64,000 nt of DNA from Alphaproteobacteria bacterium (GTDB taxonomy: Bacteria; Pseudomonadota; Alphaproteobacteria; CACIAM-22H2), in NCBI GenBank assembly GCA_017308135.1, contig JAFKFM010000006.1, positions 1,724 to 65,723 on the forward strand. Reading direction: 5' to 3'. Below are positions 10,461 through 20,609 of this stretch, in pieces. Position 1 is the first letter of the stretch. Every line of letters begins with the position of its first letter. The notes beneath the pieces are model-generated. The model ran no database searches. It saw nothing but the letters and a program-made list of their open reading frames with translations, and was not told the origin of the DNA. A program made the translations under genes and the position numbers.

Positions 10461-11726
10461 ATGGCCGTGGACCCCATTCTGGAGCGTCTGACGACGCTTC
10501 ACCCCAAGGTCATCGACATGTCGCTGGATCGTCTGGTCCGGCTGCTCGCCGATCTGGGGAACCCGCATCTTTCGCTGCCGCGCGTGACGCATATCGCGGG
10601 CACGAACGGCAAGGGCTCCACCCTCGCCTATATCCGCGCAATGTGCGAAGCGGCGGGCGAGCGTGTGCATGTCTACACCTCGCCGCATCTGGTGCGCTTC
10701 AACGAGCGCATCCGCTTGGCCGGCAAGCTGATCGACGACGCGATGCTCGAGGCGACACTCGCCGAGATCGAGCGCATCAACGCCGGGCGCCCGATCACGT
10801 TTTTCGAGATCACGACGGCGGCCGCGTTCGTGGCTTTCGCGCGCGTTCCCGCCGATCGCGTGCTGCTCGAAACCGGCATGGGCGGCCGGCTGGACGCCAC
10901 CAACGTCGTGCCCAAGCCCGATCTGGTCGCCCTCGCGCCGATCTCGCTCGATCACACCCAGTATCTGGGCGACACGTTGGCGCTGATCGCGGGCGAGAAA
11001 GCCGGGATCGTCAAGCGCGGCGTGCCGGTCTGCGTGGGCGTACAGCCCGCCGAAGCCAGCGCCGTGTTCGATGCGCGCGCGGCCGAAATGGCGGCACCCT
11101 TGTTCCGCCACGGCCGCGAATGGAATTTCGCGCTGCTCGACGAAGGCGGTTTCCAATATCGCGGGCTCAAAACCCGCCGCTTGCCGCGCCCTTCGCTGCC
11201 CGGCCCCCATCAATACGCGAACGCCGCCCTCGCCGTTGCGTGCGCCGAGAAGCTCGGCCTGCCCGATTCGGCGATCGAAGCGGGTATCACCTCGGCGCAA
11301 TGGCCCGCGCGTTTGCAGCGCCTGACGCGCGGCCCCCTGGTCGAGAAGCTGCCGCCGCGTGTGGCGCTCTATCTCGATGGCGGCCATAACGAAGGGGCGG
11401 GCGAAGCGCTCGCCAAATGGGCGCAAGGCCGGCAGATCGATCTCGTCTTCGGCATGCTCTCGACCAAGCAGCCGATCGACTTCCTGCGCCACGTCGCACC
11501 CTATGTGCGCCGTTTGCGCGCGATCGCGATCCCCGACGAGAAACTGTCGCTGCCCGCCAGCGATATCGCGGCGGCGGCGCGCCAAGCCGGCATCGCCGAC
11601 GTGGCCGAAGCCGTGTCGGCCGACGCCGCGATCGCCGATCTGGCGCCCGCGACGGCCCCCGAATCGCCCGTGCTGATTTGCGGCTCGCTTTATCTGTGCG
11701 GGCGCATCCTGGCCGATAACGGCTAA
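10461..11726 (+). CDS. folC: Bifunctional folylpolyglutamate synthase / dihydrofolate synthase
   Basis: HIAGTNGKGST...VYTSPHLVRFNERI...; the trpFBA-accD-folC order is conserved. Confidence 0.9.
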   Translation: MAVDPILERLTTLHPKVIDMSLDRLVRLLADLGNPHLSLPRVTHIAGTNGKGSTLAYIRAMCEAAGERVHVYTSPHLVRFNERIRLAGKLIDDAMLEATLAEIERINAGRPITFFEITTAAAFVAFARVPADRVLLETGMGGRLDATNVVPKPDLVALAPISLDHTQYLGDTLALIAGEKAGIVKRGVPVCVGVQPAEASAVFDARAAEMAAPLFRHGREWNFALLDEGGFQYRGLKTRRLPRPSLPGPHQYANAALAVACAEKLGLPDSAIEAGITSAQWPARLQRLTRGPLVEKLPPRVALYLDGGHNEGAGEALAKWAQGRQIDLVFGMLSTKQPIDFLRHVAPYVRRLRAIAIPDEKLSLPASDIAAAARQAGIADVAEAVSADAAIADLAPATAPESPVLICGSLYLCGRILADNG

Positions 11727-12352
11727 ACCGCCGGATCGAACAGCAGCCGCACGTAATTGCGGAAATGCAGCACTTGCGCGGGCAGGATCTTCGGATCCTT
11801 CAAGGATTTGCCGAGTGTGATCCCGCCGTCGATCAACGCGGCGGCCATGTCGGCGAGCGCCGCGCGATCGATCGGCACGCGCGGCGGATATTTGGCCGCG
11901 ATCGCGTCGAAGCGTTCGGCGAAGCGCGCGCGCCAGCGCAGGAAGGATTGACGCGACAAAGCGCGCACATCCGCGTCGAACAACTGTTCCTGATAGACGA
12001 ACGACGCGGCTAGACAGCCCGGATGCGCTTCGGGCAGATCGGCCAGCATTTCGGCGAACAGCTTCAATCCGATCAGGAAGGATTGCAGCGGATCCTCCGA
12101 CAATTCGTCGCCACGCGCGAACAGGCCGTCGAGAATGATCCTGTCGTTCGCCACGTAGCGCTCGATCAGCGCCTTGGCGAGCGCGTTCTTGTCGCGGAAA
12201 TGATGGAAGAACCCGCTTTTGGAAATACCGGCGCCGGCGATCAGTTCCTCGATCGAGGTCGCGCCGAATCCCTTCTCGAGCGTCGCCGCTTCGGCGAGTT
12301 CGAGAATCCGTTCGCGTGCGCCGCCGCGCTTTGGCGTGGCCGTTTCCTGCAT
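11723..12352 (-). CDS. TetR/AcrR family transcriptional regulator
   Basis: TetR HTH motif GFGATSIEELIAGAGISKSGFFHHFRDKNAL. The start is taken at MQETATPKRG, because the upstream extension is an Arg-rich low-complexity artefact. Confidence 0.85.
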   Translation of the reverse strand: MQETATPKRGGARERILELAEAATLEKGFGATSIEELIAGAGISKSGFFHHFRDKNALAKALIERYVANDRIILDGLFARGDELSEDPLQSFLIGLKLFAEMLADLPEAHPGCLAASFVYQEQLFDADVRALSRQSFLRWRARFAERFDAIAAKYPPRVPIDRAALADMAAALIDGGITLGKSLKDPKILPAQVLHFRNYVRLLFDPAV

Positions 12353-12364
12353 GGGCGTAGCTGT

Positions 12365-12378
12365 ACCGTAAGTACGGT
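12365..12378. promoter_or_regulatory. Candidate TetR operator, inverted repeat ACCGTA-ag-TACGGT, in the divergent intergenic region
   Basis: Read directly: perfect 6-bp arms with a 2-bp spacer. The site lies between the TetR gene start (12352) and the TPR gene start (12502). Confidence 0.35.
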
Positions 12379-12501
12379 TGCCGCGCCATGCCGGGGCGAA
12401 GCACCCGGAACCGCCCGCCGCCCGACCGCACCATAGGTGGGCTGGCGGCATGGCCGTGTCGCGCCTTAGAAGCGCGTCCCCGATCCGAATGGGAGACGCA
12501 C

Positions 12502-13836
12502 ATGACGCAAGATTTGCTGGGAAATCCCCTGTCCTACGCCGATAAGGCCGCCGTCGCCGCCTGCGACGCGGCCGCCGAAAAGCTGCTGGCCTATCGCGCC
12601 GACCCACTGGCCGATATCGACGCGGTGATCGCGGCGCATCCGCGCTTCGCCATGGCCAAGCTGTTCCGCGCCGGGCTGATCGCGACGGCGGGCGATACGG
12701 CGTTGGACGCGATGTTCAAGGCAGCGTTCGACGACGCGGCGGCACTCGCACCCGAGATGAACGACCGCGAACGCGCGCATCTCGCCGCACTGGACGCGTG
12801 GCGCGAAGGCCGCTTCGCGGCCGCCGCCGATCGCTGGGGCCGCATCCTGTTCGATCACCCGCGCGACACGACGGCGCTGCAAATGGCCCATCTGGCGGAT
12901 TTCTATGTCGGCCAGGCGGCGATGCTGCGCGACCGACCGAGCTGGGCGTTGCGCGCCTTCGACGGCGCGGCGCCGCGCCGCAATTTCGTGCTGGGCATGC
13001 GCGCCTTCGGCCTGGAGGAGAACGGGCAATACGATGCCGCGCGCGCGATGGGCGAAGCGGCCGTCGCCGCCGCGCCGCAAGATGCCTGGGCGGTCCACGC
13101 GGTGGCGCATGTCCACGAGATGCGCGGCGACACGGCGGCGGGAATCGCCTGGCTCGAAACCACGCAAAGCGGCTGGGCGCCCGAAAATCTGTTCGCCTTC
13201 CATAATTGGTGGCATCTCGCCTTGCTGCATCTCGATCGCGGCGAAACCGGCGCGGCGCTGGCGCTGTACGACACGCGCGTGCGTCCGGCGGATAGCGACG
13301 CGGCGCTCGAAATGGTCGACGGATCGGCGCTGTTGTGGCGCATCTGGACGCGCGGCGGCGACGTCGGCGAACGCTGGTCGAAGCTCGCGACCCTGTGGGA
13401 AAGCCGGATCGGCCATGGCGGTTACGCGTTCAACGACGTCCACGCGACGATGGCGTTCGTCGGCGCGGGCCGTTTCGATCTGGCGCGAACGCAGATCGAA
13501 ACTTTGCGCAAAGCGGCCGGCGGTGCGGGCGACAACGCGGCGATGGCAGCGCAGGTCGGCTTGCCGGTCGCGCAAGCGCTGCTCGCCTTCGGCCAAGGCG
13601 AATGGCGAAGCTGCGCCGATCTGCTGACCGCCGTGCGACCGCACGCGATCCGCTTCGGCGGCAGCAATGCCCAACGCGACGTCCTCGCCTGGACGGCGGC
13701 GGAGGCGGCTTTGCGCGCGGGCGACTCCGCGATGGCGCAAGCACTGATCGCCGAGCGCCTGGCGGCGAAGCCGGACAGCCGGATCAATCTCGACTGGTCG
13801 CGCCGCTTGGGCGCGAAAGCCGCGCGCGCGGCCTGA
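12502..13836 (+). CDS. Tetratricopeptide-repeat protein, TTC38-like family
   Basis: TPR-like helical repeats throughout. The product is a 444-aa protein starting at MTQDLLGNP. It is transcribed divergently from the TetR gene. Confidence 0.75.
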   Translation: MTQDLLGNPLSYADKAAVAACDAAAEKLLAYRADPLADIDAVIAAHPRFAMAKLFRAGLIATAGDTALDAMFKAAFDDAAALAPEMNDRERAHLAALDAWREGRFAAAADRWGRILFDHPRDTTALQMAHLADFYVGQAAMLRDRPSWALRAFDGAAPRRNFVLGMRAFGLEENGQYDAARAMGEAAVAAAPQDAWAVHAVAHVHEMRGDTAAGIAWLETTQSGWAPENLFAFHNWWHLALLHLDRGETGAALALYDTRVRPADSDAALEMVDGSALLWRIWTRGGDVGERWSKLATLWESRIGHGGYAFNDVHATMAFVGAGRFDLARTQIETLRKAAGGAGDNAAMAAQVGLPVAQALLAFGQGEWRSCADLLTAVRPHAIRFGGSNAQRDVLAWTAAEAALRAGDSAMAQALIAERLAAKPDSRINLDWSRRLGAKAARAA

Positions 13837-13844
13837 AGAAGCGA

Positions 13845-13876
13845 AAACCCCGATGCGGTATCCCGCATCGGGGTTT
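13845..13876. terminator. Bidirectional rho-independent terminator between the TPR gene (+) and trxA (-)
   Basis: aaa-ccccgatgcgg-tatc-ccgcatcgggg-ttt: an 11-bp GC-rich stem flanked by an A-tract and a T-tract, so it is functional on both strands. Confidence 0.7.
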
Positions 13877-13902
13877 CGGATGCGCCGCGAAGGGGCGGAC
13901 GG

Positions 13903-14226
13903 TCAGATGACCGACTGCACCCAGCTGTAAAGGCCGCTTTTCGGCATCGAGCCGATCTTCGTCGCCTTCACTTCGCCGTTCTGGAACAGCATCAGCGTCG
14001 GAATGCCGCGCACGCCGTACTTGGACGGCGTCTGCGGATTCTCGTCGATATTGATCTTCGCGATCGTCAGCTTGCCCGCCATATCCTTGGCGAGATCGTC
14101 GAGGGCGGGCGCGATCTGCTTGCAGGGGCCGCACCACTCGGCCCAGAAATCGACCAGCACCGGGCCCGGGGCCTGGAGCACGTCGGTCGGGAAGCTCGTG
14201 TCGGTGACTTTGGTCGTGGTGGACAT
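13903..14226 (-). CDS. trxA: Thioredoxin
   Basis: [14 protein letters not shown] active-site motif; 107 aa. Confidence 0.95.
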   Translation of the reverse strand: MSTTTKVTDTSFPTDVLQAPGPVLVDFWAEWCGPCKQIAPALDDLAKDMAGKLTIAKINIDENPQTPSKYGVRGIPTLMLFQNGEVKATKIGSMPKSGLYSWVQSVI

Positions 14227-14340
14227 TGAATACGCCTCGGGTTCAAAGGGCTCGTTGCAAAAGTAGGTAGCCGGGGCCCAAGGGTCAAGGTCCGCCGCAA
14301 CGATTGCCGGATAGTGGCTTTGGTGAGCGATTTCCGCCGC

Positions 14341-17300
14341 TTAGGGTGCTTGCGCGTCGAGAAGTTCGGCCGGAATCTCCTGCACGCGCGGCGCGTAAGT
14401 CCAGACGAGGCCGGCGCGAATCGGACGGCCCGGATAGAGCGGCGCCAACGCCGCGCGATACGCCGCGAGCTGCGCCACGTATTCCACCGGCACGTCTTCG
14501 ATGCGTTCGGGCGGCGGGCGATTGGTCTTGTAGTCGAGCACGAAAATCGCGTCGTCGCGCACGACCAAGCGATCGATACGGCCCGACAAAGCGCGGCCGC
14601 CCACACGCGCGACGATCGGCGCTTCGGCCAATCCTTCGCCCGACAGCGCTTGCGCGAAATCCGGCAGATCGAACAGCGCCAACGTCTCGCGCGCGATCTC
14701 GTCCTGCTGGGCTTCATCCAGCGAATGACCGGGCCGCGCGAGGAAACGCCGCGCCGCCGCGTCGCGTTGATCAGGCGGCAGATCGGGCAAGGTTTGCAGC
14801 AAGCGATGGATCAGCGCACCGCGCTTGATCGCATCGGCCCGGGCACCCGCAAGCGGCGAGGCGGCGGCGGGCATCTGCCCTTCGCGCGAGGGCACCAGCG
14901 GCTTGGGCGGGACGGGCTCTTCGGGCGCATCGCCGCGCCGCAGCCAAGCCGGTGCATCGCCGGCGGCACGCGCTTCGGCCATCGCGTCGGCCTTCTGCGT
15001 TTCGAGCGTCGCGGGTTTTTCGTAGGACACGATCGCCGTATTGCCGTCGATGCCGGTACCATGCGTCACGCCGGGCCGCGTTTCGATCGCGGCTTTCAGC
15101 GCTTCGTACCAGGATTCCTTCGCCGGTTCCTTGTCGCACCAGCCGCAAACGATCAGCCGATCGCGCGCGCGCGTCGCGGCGACGTAAAGCAGGCGCTTGT
15201 ATTCGGCGATCTCGCGCGTGCGCGCGGCGTTCTTCGCCGCGTCGACCATCGCGCTGCCGTCGGAACCCGACGGCCACCACAGCGGAAACGCGGGCGCATC
15301 CGCACTCCACATCGGCGGGCGGCTGGCATTGTTCGGCAATTGGCACGTATCGGGCAGGAACACGACCGGCGCTTCCAAGCCCTTGGCGCCATGCACGGTC
15401 ATCACGCGCACTTGGCCATGCGCGCGCTCCATGTCGCGTTTGATATCCGTGCCGCCCGCTTCGAACCACGCGAGGAAGCCTTGCAGCGAGGGCGGATGGG
15501 CGCGTTCGAAATCGAGACAGGCGGCCAGGAATTCGTCGAGCGGATCGGCCGCGTCCGGCCCCAAGCGGCCGAGCATTTGCGCCTTGCCGCCGCCCGCCCC
15601 CAGCACGCTCGCGAAGAATTCGAACGGAGCCGCGAAATCGGCCTGGGCGCGCAGCTTCGACAGGGTTTGCGCGGCATGGCCCCATTTCGGATTCTCGCCC
15701 GCACGTTCGCGCAAGATCGTCCACAGCTTCGCGCGCCGCCCCCGGCACAACGCGAATAGATCGTCGTCGTCGAGGCCGAACAGCGGCGATTTCAAGATCT
15801 CGGCGAGCGAAAGCTCGTCCTGCGGCAGCAAACAGAAGCGCGCGAGCGACAGCAGATCCATCACCGCGATCTGCGCGCCGAGCACCAGGCGATCGGCGCC
15901 CGCGACGGGCACGCCCTCACGCTTCAGCGCTGTCACCATCGCTTCGAAAAAGCGATTGCGCCTTCGCACCAAGATCAGAATATCGCCCGCGTCGATATTC
16001 CGGCCCAAAGCGGGCAACGGCTCCCGGCCGATCCAGCTTTTGATCGTGCGTGCGATCGACAGCGCAAGCCGCGCCGACGGATGCGCCGCCGATTCGTAAT
16101 CGACCGGCAAATCCCAGGGCTTGCCGTCGGGGACATCGGCTTTGACGAAAGGCGCCCACAGATCGACGCGCCCGCCCGCCGTCGCGCGGCGCGCGATATG
16201 GCGGATCGGGGCGGTCGACACACCCGCGCGGGCCGCATCGCTATCGAAGGCCGCATCGACGACATCGAGCACGGCGGGGGCGGAGCGGAACGACAGCGGC
16301 AGGGCGATCTCGCGCCATGCCGTGCCCGCGCGCGACGCGAAATCCTCGCGCGACGCCGCGAAAGCCGCGAGATCGGCACCCTGGAAGCTGAAAATCGATT
16401 GCTTCTCGTCGCCGACGACGAACACGGTGCGCCGCCGCTCGACCGCCCCCTCGCCCGCGAAATATTCGCCGGTCAGCGCGCGCACGACGCGCCATTGTTC
16501 GGGTGCGGTGTCCTGCGCCTCATCGACCAGCACATGCTCGATGCCGCCATCGAGCTTGTAGAGGACCCAGGGCGCGCCGTCTTCCAGCAGCGCCACGGTC
16601 TTGCCGATCAGATCGTCGTAATCGAGCAAGGCGCGCGCGGTTTTGCGCGCTTCGTAGGCTTGGAACGACGCCGCCCCCAAGCGCAGCAAGGACGACGAGC
16701 GGCGCAGCGTCTCGATCTCGATCAGCGTGCGATGCAACGCCTCGGCGCGAGCCTGCTCGGCCACGAGGGCGGCCAGCACCTCGGGCGCGTTCTCGGCGAC
16801 TTTCTTGGTGGCCAGGCGCTTACGCGGCTCGCGGTCGCCGGTGAGGAATACATCGATCCACGGCTCGATATCGCGGCGCGGCCCCGCCAGGAACGCGCCG
16901 ATCTCGGCGGCGGAATCCTTGTCGGTTTTGCCGCCGAACCGGTCGAGCGCCGACGCAGCGCTCTTCATCGCCGCTTCGTCGAGCCGGGCGAGGAATTCGG
17001 CGATGGCAGAGACGCGATCGGCCTTCGGATCGAGCCCCGCATCCCCATAGCGCCGCGCGATCTCCGCTTCGACGCCGATCCCGACCAGATCGCGCAACTT
17101 GGCGCGCGACAACAGCAGAAAATCCAGCGCGTCGGTGACGCTCTGCTCGTTCGCCGCCCCCGCGACGATGGTGAGAGCGTCGCGCAACACCGGATCGTCG
17201 CTGGTGGTGAGCGCGTCGCGCGCGTCGGACAGCAATTCGGCGGCGGCCGTATCGTCGGCGATTTCGAAATGCGGCGGCACGCCCGCTTCCAGCGGAAAGC

Positions 17301-17706
17301 GCTTCAACAGCGATTCGCAAAAGGCGTGGATCGTCTGGATGCGCAAACCGCCGGGCGCTTCCAGCACGCTGGCGAACAGCACGCGCGCCATGCGCATTTC
17401 GCGATCGTCCGGCGCGCGGCCCAAACGATCGACCAGTGCCTTGCGCAATTCCGCATCGTCGCAAATCGCCCAGTCGGCGAGCAGCTTCGACAGGCGTTCG
17501 CGCATTTCCGCCGCCGCCGCCTTGGTGAAGGTCAGGCACAAAATCGCGGCGGGGCGCACGCCGCGCAGCAGCAGATTGACGATGCGCGCGGTCAGAACAT
17601 GGGTTTTGCCCGCGCCCGCATTCGCCGACACCCAGACGCTGAAATCGGGATTGGCCGCGACGCGTTGCGCGGCAAGGCCCTGTTCGATCGGATCGGGGGC
17701 GCTCAT
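14341..17706 (-). CDS. addA: Double-strand break repair helicase AddA (alphaproteobacterial type)
   Basis: UvrD-like helicase Walker A motif ANAGAGKTHVL. The product is 1121 aa with a C-terminal nuclease region. Its start overlaps the addB stop (ATGA). Confidence 0.9.
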   Translation of the reverse strand: MSAPDPIEQGLAAQRVAANPDFSVWVSANAGAGKTHVLTARIVNLLLRGVRPAAILCLTFTKAAAAEMRERLSKLLADWAICDDAELRKALVDRLGRAPDDREMRMARVLFASVLEAPGGLRIQTIHAFCESLLKRFPLEAGVPPHFEIADDTAAAELLSDARDALTTSDDPVLRDALTIVAGAANEQSVTDALDFLLLSRAKLRDLVGIGVEAEIARRYGDAGLDPKADRVSAIAEFLARLDEAAMKSAASALDRFGGKTDKDSAAEIGAFLAGPRRDIEPWIDVFLTGDREPRKRLATKKVAENAPEVLAALVAEQARAEALHRTLIEIETLRRSSSLLRLGAASFQAYEARKTARALLDYDDLIGKTVALLEDGAPWVLYKLDGGIEHVLVDEAQDTAPEQWRVVRALTGEYFAGEGAVERRRTVFVVGDEKQSIFSFQGADLAAFAASREDFASRAGTAWREIALPLSFRSAPAVLDVVDAAFDSDAARAGVSTAPIRHIARRATAGGRVDLWAPFVKADVPDGKPWDLPVDYESAAHPSARLALSIARTIKSWIGREPLPALGRNIDAGDILILVRRRNRFFEAMVTALKREGVPVAGADRLVLGAQIAVMDLLSLARFCLLPQDELSLAEILKSPLFGLDDDDLFALCRGRRAKLWTILRERAGENPKWGHAAQTLSKLRAQADFAAPFEFFASVLGAGGGKAQMLGRLGPDAADPLDEFLAACLDFERAHPPSLQGFLAWFEAGGTDIKRDMERAHGQVRVMTVHGAKGLEAPVVFLPDTCQLPNNASRPPMWSADAPAFPLWWPSGSDGSAMVDAAKNAARTREIAEYKRLLYVAATRARDRLIVCGWCDKEPAKESWYEALKAAIETRPGVTHGTGIDGNTAIVSYEKPATLETQKADAMAEARAAGDAPAWLRRGDAPEEPVPPKPLVPSREGQMPAAASPLAGARADAIKRGALIHRLLQTLPDLPPDQRDAAARRFLARPGHSLDEAQQDEIARETLALFDLPDFAQALSGEGLAEAPIVARVGGRALSGRIDRLVVRDDAIFVLDYKTNRPPPERIEDVPVEYVAQLAAYRAALAPLYPGRPIRAGLVWTYAPRVQEIPAELLDAQAP

Positions 17707-20603
17707 TCGTCGCCCCCTTCGATCGCCCATTCGGCGACACGCGCGAGATGATCGTAATCGCCGGCGAATTTCACGTATTGCACGCGCGGGCGCGAGCGAT
17801 AGGCGGCATCGGGATCGCGATAGGCTTTGATCAGCGCCGCCAAATTGGCGCGCGTTTCGGCCAGGAACGTGGGCATGTCGGCGATGGCTTTGGCGGGCGC
17901 GCGGGTCTGGAAACCGCGATCCTTCGCCGAGCCGCCAAGCCCGATATAGGTGAGTTCCGCGACCGGCGCTTTGGCCACACCTTCGAATCCGCCCGCCTCG
18001 GCGATCAAGGCTTCGAGCGGCAATTGCGGCGACAACCCGGTCGCGACTTGCGGGCCCGTCGGCATCGTGCCGGTCTTGTAGTCGAGCACGACCAGCGTGC
18101 CGTCGGCTTTACGATCGATCCGGTCGGCCGTCGCCGACAGCGCGAAACCGTCGATATCGAGTGTGCCTTTGGTTTCGACGGCAGCGACGCGCAGGCCCAT
18201 GGCGCGGCGCGCGGCATCTTCGGCGACGAACATCTCCGCCATCAGCACGAAGCGCGGCCACCAGAAGGCGCGTACCGACGGCGGCGGGTTGATTTTGTCG
18301 AACGCGTCGCGGCCGAACGCGATCAATTGCGCCAACGCATCCGGCGGCAATTCGCCGGGATAGGTCTTGGCGAAGCGTTCCAGCGCATCGTGATAGAGAT
18401 TGCCGCGCTGGCGCGCATCGGCATCGGCGTCGATCTCGTCGAGCGCGTAGAGGCCCAGGATCTTCGACGCATAGATCGCATAGGGATCGCGGATCAGCGT
18501 TTCGATTCGCGTGACCGACAATCCCTTGGGCCGGGCGGCGACCGGCGGCTTGGGGGCCGGCGGGCGGATGGGGGCGACGACGCGGCCATGTCCGTCGAGT
18601 GTGGCGGCCCAGGCGGCTTGATCGGGATCGAGCGCCGAAGCCCAGCGCGGATCCTTGCCCAGCAATGCGTCGAGCCGGACGAGCCAGCGCGACGCGATGG
18701 CGGGGCCCGATTCGGTTTTGCGCGCGCGCGACAACACGACCGACGCGCCGGAGAAAGCTTGCGCGAAATCATGCGCCGCCAAGCCGATCTGACGTTCGAG
18801 CGGCGGCAAACCCACCTTGGCGCGCATCGGGCGCGACAGCCACGGGTCTTCGCGCGTTTCGCCGGGCCAAGTCGTTTCGTTCAAGCCGCCGAGCACGACC
18901 AGATCGGCCGAAACAAGACGCGCTTCGATCGTGCCGCGAATGCTGATTCGCGGATGCCCGCCATAAGGCGGGCGCCAACTGGCGGTCGCGAGCAATTCGT
19001 CGAGCAGATCGGCGAAGCCCATGCGCTTCACGTCGCCGAAATTCGGCGCGGCATCGATCAGGCGCGCCGCGAAGCTCGCCAGCGCGTTGCCCGCCTGCCC
19101 GTCCCATAATTTCGTGCGGCCGGTTTCGTCGCGCGCGAGATCCTCGGCGGCGCGAAGATGCGCCGCCAGCAGATCGCGCAAATTTTCGGGCGCCGTTGCC
19201 AGCGGCGCCAAGGCGGCGTCGAGTGCATCGATCAACGGCAACGCGTCGTCGGGGGCGGCTTTGCGCAAGCCAGCGATGCCGGGTGCCGGCCGGGGGCCGC
19301 GCAAGCCCAAGCGATCCAAGCGCCGCGTTTGGGTGAGATGCGTGGTGCGGTCGCGGCCCAGCGACGCCAGCGGATGTTTGAGCAGCGCGAGCAGATCGAC
19401 CGGGGCAAGATCGTCCGCCGCCGCGCGCGCGAGCAGGCGCAGCAGCACGGCGGCGGGGGCGAGATCGAGCCGCCGCCCGGCGGAATCGTCGGCCTCGATT
19501 CCCCAGCGGCGCAATTTGGCCGACACGCGACGCGCGAGATTGCGGTCGGCAGTGACGAGGGTCGCCGTGCGGCCCGGCGTTTCCAGGGCGCCGCGCAACA
19601 GCACGGCGATGGCGCCCGCTTCGGAATCCGGATCGGCGGATTCGAGCCGCATCAAACCGGCGAAGGCCGCATCGCCTTGCCGGGGCGCGGTGCGCCAGGC
19701 TTGGGTGGTCGCGGCAGGCCGCAAGGCTTCGGCGGCCAGTGACGCGCGCGGTCCCGGCGCCGTGCCGTCCCAAACGGTCACGGCGTCGCGCGCGACTTCC
19801 ATCCGGCGCAGCAAATGATGCAGGCCGTATTGCGGATGCGACGGTTCCTGCCCGATCGCTTCCCATGTCGCGGCATCCGAGTCGCGATCGAGGCCGGGCA
19901 GCACGACTTCGCCTTGCGGCAGGCCGGCGATCACCTTCAACAGATGCGCGGTCGCGGGCACCGAGCCGGTCGAGCCCGCCGCCCAGATCGGGCCTTGCGG
20001 CGGATGCGCTTTCCAGCGCTGGGCGAGCGCACGGATCAGTTGCACGCGCCGCGCCTGCGGGTCCATCTGGCCGCGCGCTTCCAGAATAATCGGCCAATGC
20101 TCGCGAATGATCGCGAGGAATTCGAGCGTCTGGCCCCAATGGCGCGCGTAATCGTCGGGCACCAGCCCGTCGAAATTCGCCCACGGCACTTCTTCGATCT
20201 GCAGCGAGTCGAGAAGTTCGGCGAGAGCGCGCGCCAAACGCAACGCGGCGGCGGGCGAAGGTGCGGCCTGCCCGCCTTGCTTGGCGACCAACTTCGCCAA
20301 CAGCAACTCGCGCGCGACGCCGTCGATCGCGGGCGGGAGCTCGGCGTCGAGCTCGGCGCCCTCGCCCGTCAAAATCAGCTCGTCCTCGTCCACGTCGCCG
20401 ATCGCGGCGATGCGCGGTAGCAGCAACGGCTTGCCGCCCGCTTCGGCCAAGAACGCCTCGCCCAAAGCGCGCACCGCGCGCCGATTGGGCAGCAACACCG
20501 TGGCGCGCGACAAGGTTTCCGGCGCGGTGCCGAGCTTGGCGAGAATGCCCTTGGCGAAGGCCGCGAGGAAATTCACGCCAGCCGGGATCGTGCTGACGCG
20601 CAT
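17703..20603 (-). CDS. addB: Double-strand break repair protein AddB (alphaproteobacterial type)
   Basis: 966 aa, located directly upstream of addA, with a PD-(D/E)XK nuclease C-terminal region. The gene order matches the addB-addA arrangement in other alphaproteobacteria. Confidence 0.85.
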   Translation of the reverse strand: MRVSTIPAGVNFLAAFAKGILAKLGTAPETLSRATVLLPNRRAVRALGEAFLAEAGGKPLLLPRIAAIGDVDEDELILTGEGAELDAELPPAIDGVARELLLAKLVAKQGGQAAPSPAAALRLARALAELLDSLQIEEVPWANFDGLVPDDYARHWGQTLEFLAIIREHWPIILEARGQMDPQARRVQLIRALAQRWKAHPPQGPIWAAGSTGSVPATAHLLKVIAGLPQGEVVLPGLDRDSDAATWEAIGQEPSHPQYGLHHLLRRMEVARDAVTVWDGTAPGPRASLAAEALRPAATTQAWRTAPRQGDAAFAGLMRLESADPDSEAGAIAVLLRGALETPGRTATLVTADRNLARRVSAKLRRWGIEADDSAGRRLDLAPAAVLLRLLARAAADDLAPVDLLALLKHPLASLGRDRTTHLTQTRRLDRLGLRGPRPAPGIAGLRKAAPDDALPLIDALDAALAPLATAPENLRDLLAAHLRAAEDLARDETGRTKLWDGQAGNALASFAARLIDAAPNFGDVKRMGFADLLDELLATASWRPPYGGHPRISIRGTIEARLVSADLVVLGGLNETTWPGETREDPWLSRPMRAKVGLPPLERQIGLAAHDFAQAFSGASVVLSRARKTESGPAIASRWLVRLDALLGKDPRWASALDPDQAAWAATLDGHGRVVAPIRPPAPKPPVAARPKGLSVTRIETLIRDPYAIYASKILGLYALDEIDADADARQRGNLYHDALERFAKTYPGELPPDALAQLIAFGRDAFDKINPPPSVRAFWWPRFVLMAEMFVAEDAARRAMGLRVAAVETKGTLDIDGFALSATADRIDRKADGTLVVLDYKTGTMPTGPQVATGLSPQLPLEALIAEAGGFEGVAKAPVAELTYIGLGGSAKDRGFQTRAPAKAIADMPTFLAETRANLAALIKAYRDPDAAYRSRPRVQYVKFAGDYDHLARVAEWAIEGGDE

Positions 20604-20609
20604 GTCGGA

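Noticed and set aside
10236-12503. 755-aa minus-strand ORF
   Set aside because: Antisense to folC and accD and running through the TetR gene in another frame. Low-complexity Arg-rich translation.
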